Positions 36,945-47,665 are shown, counted from the stretch's first letter. The stretch is 64,000 nt of DNA from Candidatus Eiseniibacteriota bacterium (GCA_963725865.1 CAVSAC010000010.1:960001-1024000), one strand, 5' to 3'. Notes: generated from the sequence alone by a model not told the origin. Made by a program: numbers and translations.

Positions 36945-38222
36945 TCATCGGTCGAGCGGCCAGTCGGCCTCGGTGATCGGGGCGCCCGCGTCCGGTCCCA
37001 CGGCCGCCAGCGCGAAGCGACGCGGCACCAGGAACGTGCGCGCGGCCTCGACGACCTCCTCCCGCGTCACCGCGAGGATGGCCCGCACCTGCTCCGCGGC
37101 CGGCGCGTAGCGGCCGGAGTAGAGCTCCTCGTGCGCCACGTGCGACATGCGGTTCGAGACGCTCTCCTGGCCGAGCACCACGTTGCCGCGCAACTGCGCC
37201 CGTGCGGAGGCCACCTCGACTTCGCTCGGCCCCTCGTCGCACAGCCGCTGCAGCTCCGACCGGACCAGCGTCAGCGCGTCGCGCGTGCGCTCGGGCGCCA
37301 CCCCCAGGTGGATCGTGAGCAGGCCGGCGTCGCGATGGAAGTCGCACGCGGAGTAGATGGAGTAGGCGAGCCCGGCCTCCTCGCGAACGCTCTGGAACAG
37401 CCGCGAGCTCATGCCGCCGCCGAGCAGGGTGTTGAGCACCGCGAGCGGATAGCGCTGGGGATGCTGCCACGGCAATCCACGGGTGCCGAGCGCGAGGTAC
37501 ATCTGCTGGAGGTCGGCGCGCACCTCGTGCTCCACCGCCGGGGTGTACTCCGGCGGCGCGCCATCGTCGGGCAGATCCGCCCCCGCGGGCGGCGTGAAGT
37601 GACGCTGGCAGAGGTCGACGAGGCGATCGTGCTCGAGTGCGCCGGCGCCCGCCACCACCAGATCGTGCGCGCGGTAGCGGCACGCGTGGAAGTCGCGCAG
37701 CGCGTCGCGGTCGAGCCCGCCCACCGAGTCGAGCGTGCCGAGGATCGGCTGGCCGAGTCCGTGCCCGCCCCACACGCGCCGCACCAGCAGTTCGCTGACC
37801 TTGTCCTCCGGATCGTCCTCGCACGAGGAGATCTCCTCGCGCACGACGTCCTTCTCCTTCTCGACGTCCTCGGCCGCGAACCGTGGGGAGGACACCAGGT
37901 CACCGAGCACGTCGAGCGTCTCGGGCAGATGCTCGGCGAGCGCGCGAGCGTAGTAGCAGGTCTGTTCGCGCGCGGTGAACGCGTCGAGATGGCCGCCGAG
38001 CGACTCGAGGCTCTGGGCCAGCGCGCGCGCGTCGCGGCGCTCGGTGCCCTTGAACGTCATGTGCTCGATGAAATGCGAGATCCCGAGCCGAGCCGACGGC
38101 TCGTCGCGGGCGCCGTGTCGCACCCACACGCCGACCGCGATCGAGCCGCGATGGGGCAGCGCTTCCGAGAGCACGACCAGGCCGGACGGCAGCACCGACT
38201 TGCGGAAGGTCACGTCAGTCAT
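36945..38222 (-). CDS. M16 (pitrilysin) family zinc peptidase
   Basis: Inverted zinc motif HFIEHMTFKGT and GGGMSSRLFQSVREEAGLAYS. This gene is commonly found downstream of pnp. Confidence 0.93.
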   Translation of the reverse strand: MTDVTFRKSVLPSGLVVLSEALPHRGSIAVGVWVRHGARDEPSARLGISHFIEHMTFKGTERRDARALAQSLESLGGHLDAFTAREQTCYYARALAEHLPETLDVLGDLVSSPRFAAEDVEKEKDVVREEISSCEDDPEDKVSELLVRRVWGGHGLGQPILGTLDSVGGLDRDALRDFHACRYRAHDLVVAGAGALEHDRLVDLCQRHFTPPAGADLPDDGAPPEYTPAVEHEVRADLQQMYLALGTRGLPWQHPQRYPLAVLNTLLGGGMSSRLFQSVREEAGLAYSIYSACDFHRDAGLLTIHLGVAPERTRDALTLVRSELQRLCDEGPSEVEVASARAQLRGNVVLGQESVSNRMSHVAHEELYSGRYAPAAEQVRAILAVTREEVVEAARTFLVPRRFALAAVGPDAGAPITEADWPLDR

Positions 38223-38290
38223 GAGGTGCTCCGAACGCGACGCCGAGCGGCAGGGATCCGCCGCTCGGCGCGCGCAGGTACCCGATGCGT

Positions 38291-40465
38291 CTAGCGACGC
38301 CGGCTGCGGTCGTGTCCGCGGTCGCGATCGCGATCACGGCCACGGCCGCGATCGTGGCTGCCGGGCTCCGGCGGGACGTAGCCCTCCGGAGGCGGCAGCA
38401 GTGCCTTGCGCGAGAGGCGGATCTTGCCCTCGCGGTCCACGTCGATCACCTTGACCATGACCATGTCCCCGACGTTGAGGACGTCCTCGGTCTTGGCGAT
38501 CCGGTGGTAGTCGATCTCCGAGATGTGCAGCAGGCCGTCGCGCCCCGGCACGATCTCGACGAACGCGCCGAACGTGGTCACGCTGCGCACCTTGCCCTGG
38601 TAGACACGGCCGATCTCGGGGTCCTCGACGATGTTGCGGATCAACTCCTCGGCGCGCTTGCCGCCCTCGCCGCTGACCGCCGCGATCCGCACCTCGCCGC
38701 TGTCCTCGATGTCGATCTGCGCTCCGGTCTCCTCGGTGATCTTCTTGATGATCTTGCCTCCCGGTCCGATGACCTCGCGGATCTTGTCGGGCGGGATCTG
38801 CAGCATGATGATGCGCGGAGCGTACGGGGAGATCTCGGGACGCGAGGCGGGCAGCGTCTGCTCCATCTTGTCGAGGATGAACAGCCGCCCCTGGCGCGCG
38901 CGCTCGAGGGCGTCGCGCATCACCTGGTTCGAGATACCGCCGATCTTGGTGTCCATCTGGAAGGCGGTGATGCCGTCGCGCGTGCCGGTCACCTTGAAGT
39001 CCATGTCGCCGAGGTGGTCCTCGACGCCCAGGATGTCGGTGAGCACCGCGACGCGGTCGCCCTCCTTGATCAGGCCCATCGCGATGCCCGCGACGGGCGC
39101 CTTGATGGGCACGCCCGCGTCCATCAGCGCCATCGAGCTGCCGCACACCGTCGCCATCGACGACGAGCCGTTCGATTCGAGGATGTCGCTGACGATGCGG
39201 AGCGTGTACGGGAAGTGCGAGTCGGCCGGGATGACCGGCTCGATCGCGCGCTCGGCGAGCGCTCCATGCCCGATCTCACGCCGACCCGGACCGCGGATCG
39301 GCCGCACCTCGCCGACGCTGAACGGCGGGAAGTTGTAGTGCAGCATGTAGGACTTCCACGACTGGCCTTCGAGCTCCTCGACACGCTGCTCGTCGCTCTT
39401 GGTGCCGAGCGTCGCGACCGCCATCGCCTGGGTCTCGCCGCGCGTGAACAGGCAGGAGCCATGGGTGCGCGGCAGCACGCCGACCTCGATCGTGATGGGA
39501 CGGATGTCGTTCAGGCCGCGGCCGTCCGCTCGCACGCTCTCGCTGAGCACGGTGTTGCGGAGCTCGTCGCGCTCCATCTCGTGCAGGAGCTTGCCGATGT
39601 ACGCCTGCTGCTCGGCGAAGCGCTCCTTCAGGGCCTCCGCCGCCTCGGCCGTGATGCGATCGACCTCTTCCTGGCGGGCTTCCTTGGCCGGGATGCGGAT
39701 GGCCTGGCGCAGCCGCTCGCGATAGATCTCGAGGGCGCGCTGGAGTTCCGACGTGTCGGGCGCCGGCAACAGCGGGCGCTTGGCCTTGCCGCACAGCCGC
39801 ACCAGCTCGCGCTGCGCCTCGACGATCCGCCGTACGTGCCCCATCGCGAAGTCGAGCGCGGCGAGCATGTCCTGCTCGGAGATCTCCCGCGTTCCGCCCT
39901 CGACCATGATGATGTTGTCGTAGGTCCCCGCCACCACGATGTCCATGTCGCTCTCGTCGAGCTGGGTGAACGTCGGGTTGACCACGAACCCGCTCTCGAG
40001 GCGCCCGACGCGGACGCAGCCGATCGGCTCCGGGAACGGGATGTCCGAGACGTTCAGCGCCGTGGAGGCGCCCACCATGGCGAGCACGTCGGCGTCGTTC
40101 TCCTGGTCGGAGGACATCACCGTCGACATGATCTGGGTCTCGTAGGGGAACTGCTTCGGGAACAGCGGCCGGATCGGCCGGTCGCCCAACCGCGAACTGA
40201 GAACCTCTTTCTCCGTCGGCCGCCCCTCGCGCTTGAAGAACCCGCCCGGGATCTTGCCCGCGGCGTAAGTACGCTCGCGGTAGTCCACGGTGAGCGGGAC
40301 GAAGTCCCGGCCGAGCGTCGGAGACTTGGCGGCGCTCGCCGCCACCAGCACCACGGTGTCTCCGAGCTGGACCAGGGCGGAACCCGCCGCCAGCTTGGCC
40401 ATCTTCCCGGTGCTGATCGTCAGTGTCTGGTCGCCCAGCGGGATCTCGATCTTGTGCTCTGGCAT
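38291..40465 (-). CDS. pnp: Polyribonucleotide nucleotidyltransferase
   Basis: GKIPGGFFKREGRP, HYNFPPFSVGE, ESNGSSSMA, GDMDFKV, KH and S1 domains. Confidence 0.99.
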   Translation of the reverse strand: MPEHKIEIPLGDQTLTISTGKMAKLAAGSALVQLGDTVVLVAASAAKSPTLGRDFVPLTVDYRERTYAAGKIPGGFFKREGRPTEKEVLSSRLGDRPIRPLFPKQFPYETQIMSTVMSSDQENDADVLAMVGASTALNVSDIPFPEPIGCVRVGRLESGFVVNPTFTQLDESDMDIVVAGTYDNIIMVEGGTREISEQDMLAALDFAMGHVRRIVEAQRELVRLCGKAKRPLLPAPDTSELQRALEIYRERLRQAIRIPAKEARQEEVDRITAEAAEALKERFAEQQAYIGKLLHEMERDELRNTVLSESVRADGRGLNDIRPITIEVGVLPRTHGSCLFTRGETQAMAVATLGTKSDEQRVEELEGQSWKSYMLHYNFPPFSVGEVRPIRGPGRREIGHGALAERAIEPVIPADSHFPYTLRIVSDILESNGSSSMATVCGSSMALMDAGVPIKAPVAGIAMGLIKEGDRVAVLTDILGVEDHLGDMDFKVTGTRDGITAFQMDTKIGGISNQVMRDALERARQGRLFILDKMEQTLPASRPEISPYAPRIIMLQIPPDKIREVIGPGGKIIKKITEETGAQIDIEDSGEVRIAAVSGEGGKRAEELIRNIVEDPEIGRVYQGKVRSVTTFGAFVEIVPGRDGLLHISEIDYHRIAKTEDVLNVGDMVMVKVIDVDREGKIRLSRKALLPPPEGYVPPEPGSHDRGRGRDRDRDRGHDRSRRR

Positions 40466-40624
40466 GTACTCGGTCCTGTCCTCTCGCCTCGGCTCCGGCC
40501 CTCGCCGGAACGTTTCATCCGCGTGCCCGGAGGAGCGAAGCGCCGGGCGGCGTGTGCGGAAGACCCTGCTTCCGCGGTGAGAGCGCCGGGGCAGGCGCCC
40601 CGGCTCCCTCGTGAGTGGCCCGTC

Positions 40625-40894
40625 CTAGCGGCGCAGGCCCAGTTCCTTGACCACCTTGCGGTAGCGATCCACCTTGGTCGACTTCAGATAGTCGAGCAGG
40701 CGGCGGCGCTGGCCCACCATACGCAGCAGGCCGCGGCGCGACGCGTGGTCACGCTTGTGGATCTTGAAGTGTTCCGTCAGGTAGTGAATCTTCTCGGTGA
40801 GGAGCGCGATCTGGACCTCTGGTGAGCCCGAATCGCCTTCGTGGATCTTGAACTTCCCGATGATCCCCTGCTTCTGCTCCTTGGAGAGCGTCAC
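40625..40894 (-). CDS. rpsO: 30S ribosomal protein S15
   Basis: [41 protein letters not shown] start with AGGAGG SD; 89 aa. Confidence 0.99.
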   Translation of the reverse strand: MTLSKEQKQGIIGKFKIHEGDSGSPEVQIALLTEKIHYLTEHFKIHKRDHASRRGLLRMVGQRRRLLDYLKSTKVDRYRKVVKELGLRR

Positions 40895-41037
40895 GAGGGT
40901 CACCTCCTGCATGGATGGTTCGACGACGGTCGCCCCGCCGCCGAGTGCAAGTTCTCGCACGGCTGGAGCGTGGGGATGAGGTACACCGATGTGCAACAGC
41001 GACGGGCGACCATACCATCATCGCGAGCGCGTGCCAA
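40895..41037 (-). promoter_or_regulatory. rpsO promoter (TTGGCA-N17-TATGGT) and structured leader, possible S15 autoregulatory RNA
   Basis: -35 at 41037-41032 and -10 at 41014-41009. Leader hairpin CCCC..GCCG-TGCGAG/CTTGCA..CGGC..GGGG. Confidence 0.5.
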
Positions 41038-41107
41038 AGCCCGATCTCGGCGGCGGCGCCCCACCGCCCACCGGCGGCCGGCGGCGGCCTCCTGACCGCG
41101 TTGCCGC

Positions 41108-42019
41108 CTAGCGATCCGGGATCGTGGCGACTTCCAGCCGCCGGCGGGTCTCGGCCACGTCGCCGTCCATCGCCACCACCAGCGCCCGGGCGTTCTCGAA
41201 GCGCAGCTCGGGGCGCAGCCAGTCCACGAACGCCACCTCGACGTCGCGTCCCACCAGCTCGCCGCTCCAGTCGATGAGATGCACCTCGAGGGTGCGCACC
41301 TGGCCCCCGAACGTCGGGCGCACGCCGATGCTCATCGCTCCCGGGCGCCACTCGGGCTCGCCCTCGATTCGAGACCACACCGCATAGATGCCATTTCGCG
41401 GCACCAGCTTCTCCTCGTGCAGACGCAGGTTCGCGGTGGGATAGCCCAGCGTGCGGCCGATCGCCTCGCCGGTCACCACCCGACCCACCAGGCCGTACGG
41501 CCGTCCCAGCCAGCGCGCGGCTTCCGCCACCTGCCCCTCGGCGAGCGCGGCCCGGATGCGCGTGCTGCTCACGACCTCTCCGTCGGCGGTCAGCAGCGGC
41601 ACCGCCTCGACCTCGAAGCCGCGCTCGCGCCCGATCGCGCGCAGGCGCTCGACGTTCCCCGCGCGCCTGCGCCCGAGCGCGAAGTTCTCCCCCACCACCA
41701 GCGCGCGAGGCGCGAGCGGTGCGACCAGGTGGCGGTCCACGAAGACCTCGGGCTCCAGCGCCGCCAGCTCGCGCGTGAACGGCAGCACCTCGAGTGCGGC
41801 GAATCCCATCGCGCGCAGCCGCTCGCGCTTCTCGGACAGCGGAGTGAGCGGCGGCAGCGGCTGGAAGGTCGGCGCGAGCACCACGTCCGGGTGCGGTTCG
41901 AACGACACCACGACCGCGCGCGCCGCGGCTTCGCGGGCACGCTCCAGCGCGCGGCCGAGGATGCTGCGGTGCCCCCGGTGCAGGCCGTCGAACACTCCGA
42001 TGGAGATCACGCTGCTCAC
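41108..42019 (-). CDS. ribF: Bifunctional riboflavin kinase/FAD synthetase
   Basis: IGVFDGLHRGH, SFEPHP, VSSTRIR, GRTLGYPTANL, GVRPTF, LEVHL. Confidence 0.97.
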   Translation of the reverse strand: MSSVISIGVFDGLHRGHRSILGRALERAREAAARAVVVSFEPHPDVVLAPTFQPLPPLTPLSEKRERLRAMGFAALEVLPFTRELAALEPEVFVDRHLVAPLAPRALVVGENFALGRRRAGNVERLRAIGRERGFEVEAVPLLTADGEVVSSTRIRAALAEGQVAEAARWLGRPYGLVGRVVTGEAIGRTLGYPTANLRLHEEKLVPRNGIYAVWSRIEGEPEWRPGAMSIGVRPTFGGQVRTLEVHLIDWSGELVGRDVEVAFVDWLRPELRFENARALVVAMDGDVAETRRRLEVATIPDR

Positions 42020-43005
42020 GCGCCCGCGACCCTCAGCGATGCGGAGGGTCCTTCACGACGCGCCCACGGGAAGACCACGTGCGGGCACGCGAGCGCGCTC
42101 CCGTCCGCCTGGGGCGCCGGCTCCAGTCCGCCCAGCGCGAGCGCCCGACCGGTCGCGTCCCGGAACACGACCGAGCGCACGCCGGCACCGATCGGCGCGT
42201 CGCCCGGCGCCACCGCGGGCCGGCGGCCGTAGCCGATCTCCGCGGCCGCCGCGGCATCGAGCACGACGTCAGGCCGCACGCGAGCCAGCGCCTCGTCGAG
42301 GTCGATACCGGCGCGCGCCCACAGCGTCGCGGAATCGATCGTGGAGAGTTCGCGCACGGTGGCCGCCCGCTCGAGCGCGAACGGCTCGCTGGCGAGCCGG
42401 CGCAGGCTCTTGAGCGCCGCGCCGGGTCCCAGCCGGGCGCCGAGGTCGTGCGCCAGCGTCCGCACGTAGGTGCCCGCGGAGCAGCGCACGCGGAACGTCG
42501 CCTCCGGAAGCGCGAACGCGAGCCACTCCCACGCGTCGACGTGGATCGGGCGCGCAGCGCGCTCGACGGTGATCCCGCGCCGCGCCAGCCGGTGGAGGCG
42601 CTGGCCGCCGACCTTGAGCGCCGACACCATCGGCGGCACCTGCTCGAGGTCCCCGACCATCGCGGCGGCCGCCGCCCGCAGCTCGGGCTCGCCGATCTCG
42701 ACCGGCCGCTCCTCCAGCACCTCGCCCTGCAGGTCCTGCGTCGAGGTGATCACCCCCAGGCGCAACGTGCCCTCGTAGGTCTTCGCGCCGCCCTGCCACA
42801 CGGGGATGCAGCGCGTCGCCGCGCCCACCGCGACCAGCAGGAGCCCGGTGGCCCCCGGATCGAGCGTGCCGAGATGCCCCGCGCCGGGCGCGTCGAGATG
42901 GCGGCGCACCAGCGCCACCACGTCGTGCGAGGTCACGCCCGCCGTCTTGTCCACGACCAGCAGGCCATGGCGCTCCGCGGCCACCGAGCCGCGTCCGTCG
43001 GCCAT
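42016..43005 (-). CDS. truB: tRNA pseudouridine(55) synthase
   Basis: DKTAGVTSHDVV, GHLGTLDPGATG, QVPPMVSALK, CSAGTYVRTL. Confidence 0.97.
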   Translation of the reverse strand: MADGRGSVAAERHGLLVVDKTAGVTSHDVVALVRRHLDAPGAGHLGTLDPGATGLLLVAVGAATRCIPVWQGGAKTYEGTLRLGVITSTQDLQGEVLEERPVEIGEPELRAAAAAMVGDLEQVPPMVSALKVGGQRLHRLARRGITVERAARPIHVDAWEWLAFALPEATFRVRCSAGTYVRTLAHDLGARLGPGAALKSLRRLASEPFALERAATVRELSTIDSATLWARAGIDLDEALARVRPDVVLDAAAAAEIGYGRRPAVAPGDAPIGAGVRSVVFRDATGRALALGGLEPAPQADGSALACPHVVFPWARREGPSASLRVAGA

Positions 43006-43382
43006 CAGGCGTCGTCCTCGCCGTCGCCGATGACCTCGCCATCCTGGAGACGGCGCAGCAGCTCGTCCACGCGCGCGCCGCGCTCGATCGAGTCGTCGAG
43101 CAGGAAGCGGATGTCCGGCATCTCGCGCAGGCCCATGCGCGGCGCCAGCTCGTGGCGGACGAAGCCCGCCGCGCTGGCGAGGGTCTGGAGCGTGCGCGCG
43201 CGCTCCTCGCCCTCGGCGAGGATGCTGACGTACACGCGCGCGAACGAGAGGTCGTGCGCGATCTCGACGTCGGTCACGCTCACCATGGTGCCGATCCGAG
43301 GGTCACGCATCTTGTTCTGGAGGATGTCGGCGATCTCGCGCTGCATCAGGTGCGCGACCCGCTCCGGACGGATCCTGGTCAT
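43005..43382 (-). CDS. rbfA: Ribosome-binding factor A
   Basis: RPERVAHLMQREIA..RDPRI, DLSFARVYVS, PDIRFLLDDSIE. Confidence 0.97.
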   Translation of the reverse strand: MTRIRPERVAHLMQREIADILQNKMRDPRIGTMVSVTDVEIAHDLSFARVYVSILAEGEERARTLQTLASAAGFVRHELAPRMGLREMPDIRFLLDDSIERGARVDELLRRLQDGEVIGDGEDDA

Positions 43383-43660
43383 GTGATCTGCTCCTGCCAG
43401 TCGAGCAGTTCCGCGCCCGGCGCGGATTCGACCAGCGAACGGACGGTCTGCAGCAGCTCGGCGGCCTGTCCGTGATCCGCCGCGACCACCGCGACGCCGA
43501 GCGCCGCGCGCTGCCACAGGTCCTGGTGATCCACCTCCGCCACCGCCGCGAGCGCCCGCTGGCGGATGCGGTCCTTGAGGCTGCGGATCACGGAGCGCTT
43601 CTCCTTCAACGACGAGGCGCCCCGCACCAGCAGCTCGCAATACGCCGATCCCACGAACAT
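43379..43660 (-). CDS. DUF503 (YlxP-like) protein
   Basis: SLKEKRSVIRSL and VAEVDHQDLWQRA; usual position between infB and rbfA. Confidence 0.92.
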   Translation of the reverse strand: MFVGSAYCELLVRGASSLKEKRSVIRSLKDRIRQRALAAVAEVDHQDLWQRAALGVAVVAADHGQAAELLQTVRSLVESAPGAELLDWQEQIT

Positions 43661-43757
43661 GCGTGGAAGATAAGCGCTGGCCGCCCCCGACGCGAGCCCC
43701 GGCGCACCCGGCCGCCAGGGCGGCCACCGGGCTGGCCCCGGGCCCCGCCCGCACCGG

Positions 43758-46274
43758 CTAGAGCGTCCGCGCCACCTCCTCGATGGCGAACGTCTCGATG
43801 AGGTCCCCGGCCTTCAGGTCGTCGTGCCCCTCCAGCCCGATTCCGCACTCGAACCCGGACTGCACCTCGCGCACGTCGTCCTTGAAGCGCTTGAGGGACT
43901 CGATGCGACCGGTCCACACCACCTCGCCGTCGCGGCGCAGGCGCACCTTCGACGAGCGCACGATCGAGCCGGACATCACCATGCAGCCGGCGATCGAGCC
44001 CGACTTCGAGAGTCGGAACACCTGGCGCACCTCGGCGGAGCCGAGCACGACATCCTTCAGCTCGGGCTTCAGCAGGCCCTCGAGCGCCTGCTTCACCTCT
44101 TCGACCGCCTTGTAGATCACGTCGTAGATCCGGATCTCGACGTGTTCGCGGTCGGCGACCTCCCGCACGCGCGCATCGGGGCGGATGTGGAAGCCGACCA
44201 CGATCGCGCCCGAGGCCGCCGCCAGCATGACGTCCGACTCGGTGATCTGGCCGACCGCCTGCCGGACGACGTGGATCGACACCTCGGTGTTGCCCAGCTT
44301 CGAGAGCGACTCCGAGAGCGCCTCGACCGAGCCGTCCACGTCGCCCTTGATGATCAGGTTGAGCGTGTCGGTCTCGCCCTGCGTCATGCGCGAGTGGAAA
44401 TCGGTCAGCGAGATCGTCTTGCGCGCGGCGAACTCGTGCTCGCGGTGGAGCGCGGCCCGCTTCTGCGCCAGCTCGCGCGCCTCGTGCTCGTCCTCGAAGC
44501 AGACGAACGGATCGCCCGCGGCGGGCGCGCCATCCCAGCCCAGCACCTCGACCGGCGTGGAGGGCCCGGTCTCCTTCTGCGGGCGCTGGCGCTCGTCGAA
44601 CATCGCGCGCGCCCGTCCCCAGTGCTGCCCGGCGACGAACGCGTCTCCCACGCGCAGGGTGCCGTTCTGCACCAGCACGCTCGCGACGATGCCGCGTCCC
44701 TGCTCGATGCGGGCCTCGAGCACCACGCCCTTCGCGCGGCGCGTGGCATCCGCCTTGAGGTCGAGCAGCTCGGCCTGCAGCAGGATCATGTCGAGCAGCT
44801 TCTCGACGTTGGTGCCCTTCTTGGCGGAGATCTCGACGCACACCGTCTTGCCGCCGTACTCCTCGACGATCACGCCGTGTCCGGCCAGCTCCTGCTTCAC
44901 CAGCTCGGGCTTCGCCGCCGGCAGGTCGATCTTGTTGATCGCGACCACGATCGGGACCCCGGCCGCCTTGGCGTGGTCGATGGCCTCGACGGTCTGCGGC
45001 ATGACGCGGTCGTCCGCGGCCACCACCAGCACCACGATGTCGGTGACCTCGGCGCCGCGCGCACGCATGGCGGTGAACGCCTCGTGACCGGGCGTGTCGA
45101 GGAAGCAGATGCTCTTGCCGCCCGTCAACTCGACGTCGTACGCGCCGATGTGCTGCGTGATGCCACCCGACTCGCCCGCGATGACGTTGGTCTTGCGGAT
45201 GTGATCGAGCAGCGACGTCTTGCCATGGTCGACGTGCCCCATCACGGTGACGACGGGCGCGCGCGGCAGGACGTGCTCGCCGGCCTCGACCTCGGTCTCG
45301 GCCTCCTCCTCGACGTACTCCGACACGAACTCGATCTCGAAGCCGAACTCGTCGGCCACGGCCATCATCGAGTCTTTGTCGAGGCGCTTGTTGATGGTCG
45401 CCAGCATGCCCAGTCGCATCGAGGTGGCGATCACCTCCGCGGTCTTGACCTCCATCAGGTTCGCGAGCTCGCCGAGCGTGATGAATTCGGCGGCACGCAG
45501 GACCTTGCGATCCTCGGTCGTGACCTCGCTGCCGTCCTCGTCGCGCCGGCGATGACGGCGGCGCGCCTGGCCCTGGTCGAGGCTCGCGAGGGTCTTGCGG
45601 ACGCTCTCGAGCACCAGCTTCTCGTCGACGTTCTTCTTCTTCTTGCGATCACGTCGGCGGTTCTGCGGGCCCCCTCCACCGCCGGGACGGCCACCGCTCG
45701 GCGGCGCGTTGGGGCCGAAGCCGCGACCGGTCGGCGGCGGTCCACCGAAGCTCGGACGACCGCTCGGAGCGCCGCCGCCGTAGGACGGACGGCCGCCGGG
45801 ACCGGACGATCCGCCGCCGTAGGTGGGGCGACCGCCGGGAGACGACGGGCGATAGCTGGAGCCGCCCTGCGGACGGCTCGGCGGCGCGGACGGCGGTGCG
45901 GGCGGACGCGTCGGTGCCGCCGGCGTGGGCGGACGGAAGATGACCGCCGAACCGGCGGTCGCGGGCACCGAGGGATGCCGCTGCAGGTCGGGACGGGTGC
46001 GCGCGTGCTCGGCGGCGGCCTGGCGCTCGCGCTCCTCCTTCGCGCGCTTTTCATCCTGCTCGTGCTTGCGCGCCATCTCGTCCTTGACCGCGGTCCGGGA
46101 CTGCGCGAGCTCCGCCTGCACCTTCCCGACCGTCTCGGGCAGCAGGGTGCTCATGTGGTTCTTCACTTCGACGCCGAGGCGCTTGACGATCTGAAGGACC
46201 GCGTCGCTCGACATCCCGAGGTCCTTGGCGACCTCGTAGACGCGCAGCTTCTTCGGTCCGGCTGCTTTGGTCAC
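43758..46274 (-). CDS. infB: Translation initiation factor IF-2
   Basis: RVYEVAKDL N-domain, GHVDHGKTS, DTPGHEAF, NKID, SLKRFKDDVREV. Confidence 0.99.
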   Translation of the reverse strand: MTKAAGPKKLRVYEVAKDLGMSSDAVLQIVKRLGVEVKNHMSTLLPETVGKVQAELAQSRTAVKDEMARKHEQDEKRAKEERERQAAAEHARTRPDLQRHPSVPATAGSAVIFRPPTPAAPTRPPAPPSAPPSRPQGGSSYRPSSPGGRPTYGGGSSGPGGRPSYGGGAPSGRPSFGGPPPTGRGFGPNAPPSGGRPGGGGGPQNRRRDRKKKKNVDEKLVLESVRKTLASLDQGQARRRHRRRDEDGSEVTTEDRKVLRAAEFITLGELANLMEVKTAEVIATSMRLGMLATINKRLDKDSMMAVADEFGFEIEFVSEYVEEEAETEVEAGEHVLPRAPVVTVMGHVDHGKTSLLDHIRKTNVIAGESGGITQHIGAYDVELTGGKSICFLDTPGHEAFTAMRARGAEVTDIVVLVVAADDRVMPQTVEAIDHAKAAGVPIVVAINKIDLPAAKPELVKQELAGHGVIVEEYGGKTVCVEISAKKGTNVEKLLDMILLQAELLDLKADATRRAKGVVLEARIEQGRGIVASVLVQNGTLRVGDAFVAGQHWGRARAMFDERQRPQKETGPSTPVEVLGWDGAPAAGDPFVCFEDEHEARELAQKRAALHREHEFAARKTISLTDFHSRMTQGETDTLNLIIKGDVDGSVEALSESLSKLGNTEVSIHVVRQAVGQITESDVMLAAASGAIVVGFHIRPDARVREVADREHVEIRIYDVIYKAVEEVKQALEGLLKPELKDVVLGSAEVRQVFRLSKSGSIAGCMVMSGSIVRSSKVRLRRDGEVVWTGRIESLKRFKDDVREVQSGFECGIGLEGHDDLKAGDLIETFAIEEVARTL

Positions 46275-47665
46275 GATTCACTCCCCCCGCTCGGGGTACC
46301 GCGATCGGCCGCTTCCGCGCCGACCTCGCCCTCGGGCACATCGGATGCCGCTGCTTCAGGCGCGGCCTCCATCTCCGGCGTGAACTCCATCTCGGCGGCC
46401 GCCTCCTCGGGCACCACCGGCGGGTGCGCGGCCAGATATTCCTGCGCGGTCGCGAGCACCTTCTCGGCCGTCTTCTCCCCGATCCCGGGAATCTCGATCA
46501 GCTTCTCGAGCGGCGTCGCGATGAGCTCCTGCGCGGTCTCGATGCCGGCGCTGATGAGCTTCTCGGTGGTCGCCTCGCCCAGCTCGAGCTTCTCGACCTC
46601 GACGCGGCTCGCGCGTTCGAGCTCCTGGCGCTTCTTCTCCTCGCTCTTCGAGACCAGATCGATCTTCCAGCCCGTCAGCCGCGCCGCCAGCCGGGCGTTC
46701 TGGCCGCCCTTGCCGATCGCGAGCGAGAGCTGGTCGTCGGCCACGACCACCAGCATGCGCTTGTCCGCCTCGTGCACGCGGACGTCCTGGACGCGTGCCG
46801 GGGACAGCGCGCGTGAGACGAACACGCTCGGGTCCGCGGACCACGGCACGATGTCGATGCGCTCGCCGCCCAACTCACGGACGATACTCTGCACGCGCGA
46901 GCCCTTGAGACCCACGCACGAACCCACCGCGTCGACCCGCGGGTCGGTCGAGAAGACCGAGATCTTCGAGCGCGCGCCCGCCTCGCGCGCGACCGCCTTG
47001 ATCTCGACGATGCTCTCGGCGATCTCGGGCACCTCCGCCTCGAACAGGCGCCGCAGGAAGTCCGGGTGGGTGCGCGACAGGATGACCTGGGGCCCCTTCG
47101 CCGACTTGTCCACGTTGATGACCACCGCGCGCACGTAATCGCCCTGGCGGTGGTAGGACCGCGGGATCTGCTCGCGCGCCGGCAGGAAACCCTCGGAATG
47201 GTCCAGCTTCACGATGACGTTGCCGCGATCGACCTGCTGCACGACGCCGCGCACCAGGATGCCGATCTTGTCGGCGTATTCCTTGAACACGCGATCCCGC
47301 TCGGCCTCGCGCACGCGCTGGATCAGCACCTGCTTCGCGGTCTGGATGGCGTTGCGGCCGAACTCCGCGATCGAGAGTGACGTCTCGAGCACGTCGCCCG
47401 GCTGGGCATCGGGCTTGATCCGGCGGGCGTCGGCGAGCGTGAGCTGGAACGCGGGGTCCTCGACCGGCTCGACCACGTGACGGCGCAGCACGCACGTGAT
47501 GGCTCCGGTCTCGTTCGAGAACTTGACCTCGACGTCCGCGGTGGCGCCGTACTTCTTGCGCACGGCGCTGGCGAGCCCGGCTTCGAGCGTCTCGATGAGC
47601 AGCGCACGATCCACGCTCTTCTCGCGCGTGATCTGGCTCAGCGCATCCAGGATTTCGTTGTTCAT
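46271..47665 (-). CDS. nusA: Transcription termination factor NusA
   Basis: FGRNAIQTAKQV, EVPEI, AREAGARSKI, GSRVQ, SLAIGKGGQNARLA. Confidence 0.98.
   Translation of the reverse strand: MNNEILDALSQITREKSVDRALLIETLEAGLASAVRKKYGATADVEVKFSNETGAITCVLRRHVVEPVEDPAFQLTLADARRIKPDAQPGDVLETSLSIAEFGRNAIQTAKQVLIQRVREAERDRVFKEYADKIGILVRGVVQQVDRGNVIVKLDHSEGFLPAREQIPRSYHRQGDYVRAVVINVDKSAKGPQVILSRTHPDFLRRLFEAEVPEIAESIVEIKAVAREAGARSKISVFSTDPRVDAVGSCVGLKGSRVQSIVRELGGERIDIVPWSADPSVFVSRALSPARVQDVRVHEADKRMLVVVADDQLSLAIGKGGQNARLAARLTGWKIDLVSKSEEKKRQELERASRVEVEKLELGEATTEKLISAGIETAQELIATPLEKLIEIPGIGEKTAEKVLATAQEYLAAHPPVVPEEAAAEMEFTPEMEAAPEAAASDVPEGEVGAEAADRGTPSGGSES

Noticed and set aside
45660..45940. GC-rich repetitive stretch in infB as a repeat element
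   Set aside because: It encodes the ordinary Gly/Pro/Arg low-complexity IF-2 linker (GGRPTYGGG/GGRPSYGGG).
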